Of a stretch of DNA of 64,000 nucleotides, positions 56,100 through 64,000 are shown piece by piece. Each line of letters opens with the position of its first letter. Position 1 is the stretch's first letter. A model generated the notes under the pieces. It was given only the letters and a program-made list of their open reading frames with translations. It had not been told where the DNA came from and made no database searches. The translations under genes were made by a program, and so were the position numbers. Source of the stretch: an uncultured Flavobacteriales bacterium (GTDB taxonomy: Bacteria; Bacteroidota; Bacteroidia; Flavobacteriales; UBA1820); the NCBI GenBank assembly GCA_938023515.1, contig CALJDR010000022.1:27226-91225 (forward strand). Reading direction: 5' to 3'.

Positions 56100-56969
56100 A
56101 TGAAGATAGCCTTATTCGGAGCCAAGATAAAAAAGAACAACGAAGGTTGGTTGCGGGATGTGTTCGAGTCGATGCTGCTGCATGGGGCCGAACTGTATTT
56201 TCACACCGACACCCTCGAATATATGCGGTCGATAGACATCCCGGTCCCGGCGCATGCCGGCCGGTATGACGATGTGCTGCCAGCCGATACTGATTATATG
56301 GTAACCTTGGGCGGCGACGGCACGATACTACGGGCCGGGCAGTTGGCCTATAAAAGCAATGTGCCTATTATCGGGGTGAATATGGGGAATTTAGGCTTTT
56401 TAGCGGCCGTTTCCCGGGAACGCATCCGGGAGGCGATGGATGTACTTTTCAGCGGGGATATGGTTTTCGAGGAAAAAATATTGCTGCGGGTGGACAGTCC
56501 GGGAATGACCGAGCCCCGGATGGTCATCAACGAAGCGGTGGTCAGTCGGAAGGATTCTTCGTCCATGATCACGATCCGGGCCCATGTCAACGGCCGTTTG
56601 CTGGGGGTTTACCGGGCGGACGGACTGATCGTTTCCACCCCGACCGGCTCAACCGGTTATTCACTCAGTTGCGGGGGGCCTATCGTATCTACCGATTCGT
56701 CTACGGTAGTCCTTACACCGGTGGCCCCGCATAATCTCAATGTGCGTCCTATGGTATTCCGGGACGATGTTAAAGTTTTTCTAAAGGTCGACGGGCGGGA
56801 AGACCAATACCTGCTTTCCCTTGATTCATGTTTCCTGCCGATGAACTGGGATGACACCGTATCGATATGTAAGTCTGGATACACCCTGAGGATAGCCAAG
56901 CTTCCGGATTCCGATTTTTTCCGCACGCTGAAAGAAAAACTCGGCTGGGGCAGCGACGGCCGCGAATGA
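56100..56969 (+). CDS. nadK: NAD(+) kinase
   Basis: It carries the GGDGTILRA motif and NMGNLGFL, and has the expected length. Confidence 0.9.
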   Translation: MKIALFGAKIKKNNEGWLRDVFESMLLHGAELYFHTDTLEYMRSIDIPVPAHAGRYDDVLPADTDYMVTLGGDGTILRAGQLAYKSNVPIIGVNMGNLGFLAAVSRERIREAMDVLFSGDMVFEEKILLRVDSPGMTEPRMVINEAVVSRKDSSSMITIRAHVNGRLLGVYRADGLIVSTPTGSTGYSLSCGGPIVSTDSSTVVLTPVAPHNLNVRPMVFRDDVKVFLKVDGREDQYLLSLDSCFLPMNWDDTVSICKSGYTLRIAKLPDSDFFRTLKEKLGWGSDGRE

Positions 56970-57037
56970 AAAGGGCCTACGAGGATTTTTTAGTAAATCA
57001 TTAAACATATTAGGCCTTTACGCTTGCAACAAATTCG

Positions 57038-57045
57038 TATATTTG
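57038..57045 (+). promoter_or_regulatory. Candidate -7 box (TATATTTG) for uppS-bamA-skp
   Basis: It matches TAnnTTTG and ends 63 nt upstream of the ATG at 57109. It overlaps the TTG that opens the track ORF, which argues for the ATG start. Confidence 0.35.
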
Positions 57046-57108
57046 CCTGTTTTATATTCGTCAGCGGATAGCTATAAGGCTTTCCCGGCGGATGTTTCAC
57101 ATGTTTTT

Positions 57109-57861
57109 ATGATAACGGAAAAAGATATAGACCCTTGTAAGTTGCCGGCGCACGTGGCTGTGATCATGGACGGGAACGGACGTTGGGCGAAAAAACGCGG
57201 ATTTATGAGGGTTCTGGGCCACCGTAAAGGGGTGGATGCGGTGCGCCGTACCATCGAGGCTTCCAGAAAGATGGGCATAAAGTATCTGACCCTTTATGCT
57301 TTTTCCGATGAAAATTGGCAGCGCCCCAGGGTGGAAGTAGAGGCCTTGATGGATTTGCTTATGTCCAACCTGAAAGTGGAGTTGCCCAGTTTTATGAAGA
57401 ATGGGATACGCCTGAACAGTATAGGAGAGGTTTCCCGCCTGCCGGAAGGCCCTGCCCGGGAATTGGAATACTGCATGAAAGAAACGGCCGGCAATAAGGA
57501 TATGATTCTCACCCTGGCATTGAGTTATGGCTCGCAGGAGGAACTGAAGTGCTGTATGCGCCGTATCGCTCAGGAAGTGGCGGAAGGGATGTTAAAGCCC
57601 GAAGATATAAACCGGGATACGATAGAATCCCATCTTTATACGTCCGGAATGCCTGCAGTGGACTTGGTGATACGTACCAGCGGGGAGATGCGCCTGAGCA
57701 ATTTCATGCTTTGGCAGGCCGCTTATGCGGAATTCTATTTCACCCCGGTATTGTGGCCCGATTTTTCGGAAGAGGATTTTTTGCAGGCTATCCGGGAATA
57801 TGGCCAGCGTGAACGGCGTTTCGGGCTTATAAGCGAACAAGTGACATGTGATAAAAAATAA
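57109..57861 (+). CDS. uppS: Isoprenyl transferase (undecaprenyl-diphosphate synthase)
   Basis: It carries HVAVIMDGNGRWAKKRG, LTLYAFSDENWQRP and IRTSGEMRLSNFMLWQAAYAEF. Confidence 0.93.
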   Translation: MITEKDIDPCKLPAHVAVIMDGNGRWAKKRGFMRVLGHRKGVDAVRRTIEASRKMGIKYLTLYAFSDENWQRPRVEVEALMDLLMSNLKVELPSFMKNGIRLNSIGEVSRLPEGPARELEYCMKETAGNKDMILTLALSYGSQEELKCCMRRIAQEVAEGMLKPEDINRDTIESHLYTSGMPAVDLVIRTSGEMRLSNFMLWQAAYAEFYFTPVLWPDFSEEDFLQAIREYGQRERRFGLISEQVTCDKK

Positions 57862-60382
57862 GGACCCTAATACAATCCATATAAAAGTGAAAAAATTCTA
57901 TACGGTAGTTCTTACATTTGTCGTTTCGGCGTTTTCTATGTCCCTTTCTGCGCAAACGGCAGGAGATATCGCCGACGGGATGTATACGATAGCCGATGTG
58001 AAGGTTACAGGAAACTCCCTCTACGATGCCGATATTATTATGCATGAAACCGGGCTTATCGTCGGAACCCAGATCCGTATTCCGGGAGAACAGGTAAGCG
58101 CTGCTGTCCGCCGGCTTTGGGGACACGGTGTTTTTGATAATATAGAAGTATATGTGGATCATGTCGAAGGGGATAAGGTGTACCTGGAAATAGAAGTAAA
58201 AGAACGTACGCCGATCACCCGTATCCGCTACGAAGGTGTGAGCCGGACGATGCAGGAGGACTTGATAAAGGACCTTAATATGGCTGTTAACCAGAAGGTA
58301 AGCGAAGATCTGATCCAATCCGTAAAGAACTATATCAAAAAACGGTATGTGAAAAGAGGGTTCCTTTCGGCGGATGTCAAAGTAGAAGTGTTGGAGGATA
58401 CGCTCCGCAAAGATGGGGGCGCATTTGTCAAAGTCGTGCTCGACAAGGGGGAAAGGGTCCGTATAAACAGTATAAATTTTTCCGGCAATGAGGTGCTTTC
58501 AGGCGATAAGCTTCGCAAATCCATGAAAGAAACCAAGCAGATCAAGCATCTGAATATCTTTAAACAGTCGAAGATGGTGGAGGATGACTATGAGGAGGAT
58601 TTGAAAAAAATAGTAGAGAAATATAAGTCGTTAGGTTTCCGGGATGCACGTGTCGTTTCGGATACCATTACATGGAATAAAGGGGATAATACCCTGGATG
58701 TTGATATCCATGTGGATGAAGGGAATAAATACCATTATCGTACTATCAAATTCCTGGGCAACAGCAAATTTACCACCGAACAGTTGCAGACTATCCTTGG
58801 CGTTAAGGAGGGGGATGTGTATAATGGAGAGCTGCTGGCCAAACGTTTGAGCGGTTCCAAGGACGGCCGCGATATACAGAGCCTGTATATGGACAACGGG
58901 TATCTTTTTGCCCAGATAATGCCGGTGGAGGTAAGTGCGGAAAGGGACTCGATCGATCTGGAAATACGTATCATCGAATACGACAAGGCCTATATTAATC
59001 GGATAGGAGTGAAGGGGAATACGCGTACGTTCGACAATATCGTTTACCGTGAACTTACGACCAAACCGGGGGACTTGTTCTCGAAGACTTCTATCATGCA
59101 GAGCCAGCAGCGTATCGGCGCGCTCGGGTTTTTCGATGCGGAAAATATCGGTATCGACCCCAAACCCAATCCTTCCAATATGACCGTAGACATAGATTAT
59201 ACGGTGGTGGAAAAGAACTCTTCGCAGATAGAACTGCAAGGCGGTTGGGGCGGAGGCTCGTTCATCGGGACGGTCGGGCTTTCGTTCAATAACTTTTCCA
59301 TGAAGAACCTGTTTAATAAAAAAGCATGGAAGCCACTCCCAATGGGACAGGGGCAGACCCTTTCTATTCGTTTTCAGGCTGCGCAAGGCTATACTTCTTA
59401 TCAATTAGGATTTACGGAACCCTGGATCGGAGGCCGTCGCCCGCTTTCGATATCTACCTCGTTTTACTATACTAAACAGGAAGCTTATAACTATTATACG
59501 AATGAAAGATTGAAAGGAAGCCTGAACATTTATGGAGGAGGAATATCGTTGGGCAAGAGGCTCAACTGGCCGGACAATTATTTCGTAGCCTCGGTAGGAA
59601 TAAATTACAGCCGGTACGACTGGAAAGATTATAACTGGGGGGTATATCAGGAGAACTTTAATAACGGTGTATCGAACAACCTGAACCTTGCTTTGGGTAT
59701 TTCCCGCCGTTCGGCAGGTTCCAATCCTGTATATCCGACATATGGCTCCGATATCTCCTTCAATGTCTTTTTGACCCCTCCGTATTCGCTTTTCAACGGC
59801 AGGGATTACAGCGATCCGAAGCTTACGGACGTAAAACGCTTCGAATGGCTGGAATACTATAAATTCAAAGCAAAAGTGACTTGGTACAACAATATTGCAG
59901 CTAAGTTAGTGTTGGTGACCAATGCCGAATTCGGGTATATGGGCATGTATAATCATAAGGTGGGGCTCGGTCCGTTCGAGCGTTTCCTGATGGGAGGTAG
60001 CGGGATGTCGCAATACCAGTATTATGGCAGCGAGATCATATCACTACGTGGTTACAAGGACAACACGATCGCTTCGAGCAAATCCGCGATAAATGAGGGA
60101 GACCCGATTTACAATAAATTCACCGTTGAACTCCGCTATCCGGTCACGCTCTCCCAGAACACGAGCATTTTTGGCTTGATATTCGCTGAAGGCGGTAATA
60201 CGTACGCGGACCTCAAATCTTACAATCCTTTCAAACTCCACCGTTCGGCAGGTGCCGGAGTGCGTATTTTCATGCCAATGTTTGGTATGTTAGGGTTCGA
60301 TTTCGGTTACGGTTTCGATCCTATGCCGGGGGAAAAGAAAGGTTGGCAGTTCCATTTCAGTTTGGGGCAGCAGATGTTCTGA
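57848..60382 (+). CDS. bamA: Outer-membrane protein assembly factor BamA
   Basis: It has a signal peptide, five POTRA-like repeats and a C-terminal Omp85 barrel ending in a GWQFHFSLGQQMF aromatic terminus. It overlaps uppS by 14 nt. Confidence 0.9.
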   Translation: MIKNKDPNTIHIKVKKFYTVVLTFVVSAFSMSLSAQTAGDIADGMYTIADVKVTGNSLYDADIIMHETGLIVGTQIRIPGEQVSAAVRRLWGHGVFDNIEVYVDHVEGDKVYLEIEVKERTPITRIRYEGVSRTMQEDLIKDLNMAVNQKVSEDLIQSVKNYIKKRYVKRGFLSADVKVEVLEDTLRKDGGAFVKVVLDKGERVRINSINFSGNEVLSGDKLRKSMKETKQIKHLNIFKQSKMVEDDYEEDLKKIVEKYKSLGFRDARVVSDTITWNKGDNTLDVDIHVDEGNKYHYRTIKFLGNSKFTTEQLQTILGVKEGDVYNGELLAKRLSGSKDGRDIQSLYMDNGYLFAQIMPVEVSAERDSIDLEIRIIEYDKAYINRIGVKGNTRTFDNIVYRELTTKPGDLFSKTSIMQSQQRIGALGFFDAENIGIDPKPNPSNMTVDIDYTVVEKNSSQIELQGGWGGGSFIGTVGLSFNNFSMKNLFNKKAWKPLPMGQGQTLSIRFQAAQGYTSYQLGFTEPWIGGRRPLSISTSFYYTKQEAYNYYTNERLKGSLNIYGGGISLGKRLNWPDNYFVASVGINYSRYDWKDYNWGVYQENFNNGVSNNLNLALGISRRSAGSNPVYPTYGSDISFNVFLTPPYSLFNGRDYSDPKLTDVKRFEWLEYYKFKAKVTWYNNIAAKLVLVTNAEFGYMGMYNHKVGLGPFERFLMGGSGMSQYQYYGSEIISLRGYKDNTIASSKSAINEGDPIYNKFTVELRYPVTLSQNTSIFGLIFAEGGNTYADLKSYNPFKLHRSAGAGVRIFMPMFGMLGFDFGYGFDPMPGEKKGWQFHFSLGQQMF

Positions 60383-60571
60383 TAATCTTAAAAACATGTT
60401 AAAGCTATTTTGGCTTGTTCCTTCGATGGTAATTAATATTATATTGCAGGCAGGCAAAACGGGAAGAATGTGTTTTGTATTTGAATAAAAATTCGGATAT
60501 TAGCACCACTGTTCGCAGTGAAAAGAGAATAGAAAATTAAAAGAATGACAGCTCAAAAAACAATCAAAAAA

Positions 60572-61081
60572 ATGAAAGCAGTTAAAGTATTATTTTTAGC
60601 GGCTGTTTTACTGATGGGAGTAAACACGGCTATGGCTCAGTCCAAAATAGGACATGTAGATATTGCTACGCTTATTTCCCTGATGCCGGAAAAGAAAAAG
60701 GCCGATACTCAGTTGGAAACCATGAGCAAAGGTTTCCAGGAAGACTACGAGAAAATGGCTACGGAGTATCAGAACCTGGCTCAGAAATACCAGAATGAAG
60801 CATCCAAGCAGAGCGAGGCAATGAACCAGACCCGTGCAAAAGAACTTCAGGACCGCGAACAGCGTTTGCAGGTGTTCTATCAGGCTGCCCAGCAAGACCT
60901 TCAGAAAAAGGAAAATGAACTTCTTCAGCCGATCCTGCAAAAAGTACAGGATGCCATCAATGCAGTGGCCAAAGAAAAAGGCCTTAGCTACGTGCTCAAC
61001 GGCTCCAATGGCGTTATCCTTTATGACGGTGGCGGTTTTGACTTGCTGCCCGACGTAAAGAAAAAATTAGGCCTTCAGTAA
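60572..61081 (+). CDS. skp: OmpH/Skp-family periplasmic chaperone
   Basis: It has a signal peptide (NTAMAQ) and a Gln/Glu/Lys-rich coiled body. The position directly after bamA is typical. The start is ATG at 60572 or 60545. Confidence 0.8.
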   Translation: MKAVKVLFLAAVLLMGVNTAMAQSKIGHVDIATLISLMPEKKKADTQLETMSKGFQEDYEKMATEYQNLAQKYQNEASKQSEAMNQTRAKELQDREQRLQVFYQAAQQDLQKKENELLQPILQKVQDAINAVAKEKGLSYVLNGSNGVILYDGGGFDLLPDVKKKLGLQ

Positions 61082-61121
61082 TAACTTACCCGCGGTTTTT
61101 CGCAGGTTTGATAACAAGGGC

Positions 61122-61173
61122 TGTCCCATAAAAAGAGCCGGAACGATTTCGTTCCGGCTCTTTTTATGGGACA
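61122..61173. terminator. Bidirectional terminator with a 24-bp stem
   Basis: TGTCCCATAAAAAGAGCCGGAACG-ATTT-CGTTCCGGCTCTTTTTATGGGACA sits between convergent skp and suf genes. Confidence 0.75.
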
Positions 61174-61198
61174 ATTTTTCTCTTCGAGAAGGAAGGAT

Positions 61199-61525
61199 TT
61201 ACAAAAAACCTAACTGGAGTTTTGCCTCGTCGCTCATCATATCTTTGTCCCATGCAGGGTCGAAAGTTACCTCTACTTTGACGCTGTTGACTTCCTCCAT
61301 CGCTTTTATCTTGGATTCGATCTCTTCCGGCAGGGATTCTATCATCGGGCAGTTCGGCGTGGTCATCGTCATGACGACTTTTACATCCCCTTTGCCCGAT
61401 ATTTCGATATTGTATATCAGGCCCAGTTCGTACACGTCCACCGGAATCTCGGGGTCGTATACCGTGTGAAGGACATCGATCACCCGATCCGTAAGTGCTT
61501 CTTTTTGTTTATCATCCATTTTCAT
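61199..61525 (-). CDS. DUF59/SufT-like Fe-S cluster assembly protein
   Basis: It carries DPEIPVDVYELGLIY and TMTTPNCPM. It is the last gene of the suf cluster. Confidence 0.8.
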   Translation of the reverse strand: MKMDDKQKEALTDRVIDVLHTVYDPEIPVDVYELGLIYNIEISGKGDVKVVMTMTTPNCPMIESLPEEIESKIKAMEEVNSVKVEVTFDPAWDKDMMSDEAKLQLGFL

Positions 61526-61556
61526 GTTCTTGCAGTGCGTTTTTCCGATTGTGTTT

Positions 61557-61985
61557 TTATTTTTTCATGCCACCCAGGGCCGCCGCGTAGTATTTCATCT
61601 GACGGATCATTTCGTAAAGCCCGTTGGCCCGCGTAGGGGAAAGGTGGGAGGACAAACCGATCCGGTCAATGAACGAGAGGTCGGCTGCGGCTATGTCTAC
61701 CGGTTTCTGTCCGGACAATACTTTAATAAGCAGGGATATGATCCCTTTGGTGATGATCGCGTCCGAGTCTGCGGTGAATACGACATCCCCTTCCCTGTCC
61801 TGTTCGGCAGCCAGCCATACCTGGGATTGGCAGCCCCGGATAAGGTGCTGTTCGTCTTTGTATTTGCTGTCGATAAGGGGAAGGGATTTTCCCAGGTCGA
61901 TCAGGTAGGCGTATTTGTCCACCCATTCGTCGAACATGGAAAAGTCTTCCTCGATCTGCGCTATATTTTCTTCTATGGTTTTCAT
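61557..61985 (-). CDS. sufE: SufE-like sulfur acceptor
   Basis: It carries the IRGCQSQVWL motif, is 142 aa long and sits adjacent to sufS. Confidence 0.85.
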   Translation of the reverse strand: MKTIEENIAQIEEDFSMFDEWVDKYAYLIDLGKSLPLIDSKYKDEQHLIRGCQSQVWLAAEQDREGDVVFTADSDAIITKGIISLLIKVLSGQKPVDIAAADLSFIDRIGLSSHLSPTRANGLYEMIRQMKYYAAALGGMKK

Positions 61986-62003
61986 TGTTCGAAATACGAT
62001 ATA

Positions 62004-63236
62004 TTAACCCAAAAGCATCTTTCGGGCTTTTTGGGTGGCTTCGTACAACCGGTCGATGTCTTCGAACGTATTGTAAACAGCCAAAGATGCCCGTACCGTC
62101 CCCGGGATACTGTAGCGGTCCATCAGGGGTTCGGCGCAATGATGCCCCGTGCGGACGGCCACCCCTTGGTTGTCCAGCAGGGTGCCGATGTCTGTGGGAT
62201 GTGCACCTTTGATCCCGAAAGAGAAGGCACCCGATTTTTGCGGGGCCTGTCCGTATATTTCGACCCCATCGATTTGGCTCATCCGCTCGGTCATGTAGTC
62301 CATCAGTTCCTTTTCGTGGGCGGCTATTTTGTCCATTCCCACCGAATTCATGAAATCGATGGCCGCGCCGAGCGCGATGGCTCCCTCGATATTGGGAGTT
62401 CCGGCTTCGAATTTGAACGGGATGTCGGCGTAAGTCGTATGATCGAAGGTCACGCGGCCTATCATTTCCCCGCCGCCTTGGTAAACAGGCAGTTCCCGGA
62501 GCAGTTTTTCACGGCCCCATAATACACCGATTCCTGTAGGGGCGTACATTTTATGGCCGGAGAATACGTAGTAATCGCATCCGATCTCCTGCACATCCAC
62601 CTTCAGGTGGGGGGCTGCCTGTGCGCCGTCCACTAAAACGACCGCGCCGGCCTTGTGGGCCAGGGAAACGATCTCCCGGACGGGGTTGACGGTGCCCAGT
62701 ACGTTGGATACGTAGGTGATGGCTACTATACGTGTTTTACCGGTGGAAAGCAGTTTTTCGTATGCCTCCAGGTCGAGGGTTCCGTCGTCCTTTACCGGAA
62801 TGACTTTAAGGATGGCTCCGCTCTGTTGGCAGGCTATCTGCCAGGGAACGATATTGGAATGGTGCTCCATTTCGGAGACGATGATCTCGTCGCCCGGCTT
62901 GAGCAATTTGGCATATCCGGAAGCCACCAGGTTGATGGATTCGGTCGTCCCGCGGGTGAAGATGATCTCTTTGGCCGAAGGAGCGTCGATGAAGGCGCGC
63001 ACCTTTTCACGGGCTACTTCCATCGCATCCGTGGCCCGCTGGGAGAGCGTATGGACGCCCCGGTGTACGTTGGCGTTCAGGCGGCGGTAGTAATCGTCTA
63101 CAGCCCGGAGTACCTCTTCGGGTTTCTGGGTGGTGGCGCCGTTGTCCAGATATACCAAAGGGTATTTCCCGATATGCTGTTCGAGCACTGGGAACCGTTT
63201 GCGTATATCCAGAATATCCTCCGTATCCTTTTTCAT
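62004..63236 (-). CDS. sufS: Cysteine desulfurase, SufS subfamily
   Basis: It has the PLP-lysine block FSGHKMYAPTGIG, the active-site loop RTGHHCAEP and the N-terminal LDNGATTQKP. Confidence 0.93.
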   Translation of the reverse strand: MKKDTEDILDIRKRFPVLEQHIGKYPLVYLDNGATTQKPEEVLRAVDDYYRRLNANVHRGVHTLSQRATDAMEVAREKVRAFIDAPSAKEIIFTRGTTESINLVASGYAKLLKPGDEIIVSEMEHHSNIVPWQIACQQSGAILKVIPVKDDGTLDLEAYEKLLSTGKTRIVAITYVSNVLGTVNPVREIVSLAHKAGAVVLVDGAQAAPHLKVDVQEIGCDYYVFSGHKMYAPTGIGVLWGREKLLRELPVYQGGGEMIGRVTFDHTTYADIPFKFEAGTPNIEGAIALGAAIDFMNSVGMDKIAAHEKELMDYMTERMSQIDGVEIYGQAPQKSGAFSFGIKGAHPTDIGTLLDNQGVAVRTGHHCAEPLMDRYSIPGTVRASLAVYNTFEDIDRLYEATQKARKMLLG

Positions 63237-63273
63237 AAGAACAAAGTTACTAAAAACCCCTGGAAAGAGCCAT

Positions 63274-64000
63274 TTATCCCAGGCGTTGCGAGATGATTTT
63301 TTCTATCGCCCGATTGAGCCAGTCTATGCGGATACCGGCCAATGCTTCGTCCATAAAGGAACGGATGAGCATCCTGCGGGCTGTCTGGTAGGGGATACCC
63401 CGGCTGCGCATATAGAAAAGGGCTGTCTGGTCCAATTGGCCGATAGTTGCTCCGTGGGAACAGCGCACGTCGTCCGCATAAATCTCCAATTGAGGGTCGG
63501 TTTCGATACGGGCCGAGGAAGACAGCAGGATATTGTTGTTCTTTTGGTAGGCCTGGATCTTCTGGGCATCCTTTTCGACGATGATCTTGCCGTCGAATAC
63601 GGCTTTGGACTGCCCGTCCGCCACGTATTTGAATGTCTGGTAGCTCTGTCCCAGCGGTTTTTTATGGTACAGGCGGATGTGGTTTTTCACCTGTTCGGCG
63701 CCTTGAGGCATCGCCGCCCCGAAGAGGGAGGTATGGGTGCTTTGGTGGCAGTCCAGCGTATAGGTGTTCTCGGAACTTCCGCCCAACACGATGGTCGAGA
63801 GTTCCAAGGTACTCAGGTCGTGCTGTACGGTCCGGTATTCCGTATCCGCTCCCTCCGGAATGATCCGGATATGGTTCAGCCGCGACTTTTCCCCTAACAG
63901 GACGTCGAACCGACTGTGGGCGCCGCCTGTGAGTATCTCCACCAGGGTCAGTTCTTCACCGGCGGGCACTTCGAGGGCGGTCTCCGATTCGCCTTGCTGC
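63274..64000 (-). CDS. sufD: Fe-S cluster assembly protein SufD, N-terminus beyond window edge
   Basis: It carries the conserved IYADDVRCSHGATIGQLD and ALFYMRSRGI blocks. The frame stays open past 63969 (a GTG, not a start) to nt 64000. Confidence 0.85.
   Translation of the reverse strand, partial: QQGESETALEVPAGEELTLVEILTGGAHSRFDVLLGEKSRLNHIRIIPEGADTEYRTVQHDLSTLELSTIVLGGSSENTYTLDCHQSTHTSLFGAAMPQGAEQVKNHIRLYHKKPLGQSYQTFKYVADGQSKAVFDGKIIVEKDAQKIQAYQKNNNILLSSSARIETDPQLEIYADDVRCSHGATIGQLDQTALFYMRSRGIPYQTARRMLIRSFMDEALAGIRIDWLNRAIEKIISQRLG

Noticed and set aside
1-64000. Looked for CRISPR arrays, rRNA, IS elements or transposases, integrases, prophage genes, toxin-antitoxin pairs and known defence-system gene sets
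   Set aside because: None was recognisable. The only repeats seen are the ~70-bp tandem at 44478-44630, the paralogous gene pairs (FtsX permeases, NagB) and the four 17-bp regulatory sites.

Overview
This is a dense 64-kb chromosomal segment from a Bacteroidota genome (Bacteroidales-like, fairly high G+C). That assignment rests on BamA/Skp, a GldE-like CNNM protein, a BACON+M64 lipoprotein, DUF-type lipoproteins, a long-form IleRS followed by a Cys-poor DksA/TraR protein, and TAnnTTTG -7 promoter boxes 20-65 nt upstream of many start codons. I call about 50 CDS, one tRNA (Arg-ACG), one multi-frameshift pseudogene, about a dozen rho-independent terminators (several bidirectional between convergent genes) and a set of promoter or operator candidates. 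I saw no rRNA, CRISPR array, transposase, integrase or prophage gene. Gene content is mostly housekeeping: ileS, queA, coaBC, dapA, menA, nadK, uppS, bamA, skp, sufDSE, sppA, a DEAD-box helicase, nagB and a GH20 hexosaminidase. There are also two envelope efflux systems, a partial RND+TolC at the left edge and a TolC-HlyD-FtsX-FtsX-ATPase operon. The most interesting signal is regulatory. A divergent NtrC-type (sigma-54) two-component system faces the ABC efflux operon across an intergenic region carrying two 17-bp TGTC-N9-(G/T)ACA sites 21 bp apart plus a good -24/-12 element. The same paired-site plus -24/-12-like layout recurs about 38 kb away, upstream of an HExxH-containing DUF4932-like protein, which suggests a small sigma-54 regulon. 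Other points: a TraB/GumN gene broken by three homopolymer frameshifts, a roughly 70-bp tandem repeat carrying reiterated promoter boxes, tandem NagB paralogs with one fused to an LmbE/PIG-L deacetylase domain, an M16 peptidase-like pair that both lack HxxEH, and a split, order-permuted 5'-nucleotidase. All protein calls come from reading motifs by eye in the supplied translations. No database, HMM or folding computation was possible, so family names are best-recognition calls.
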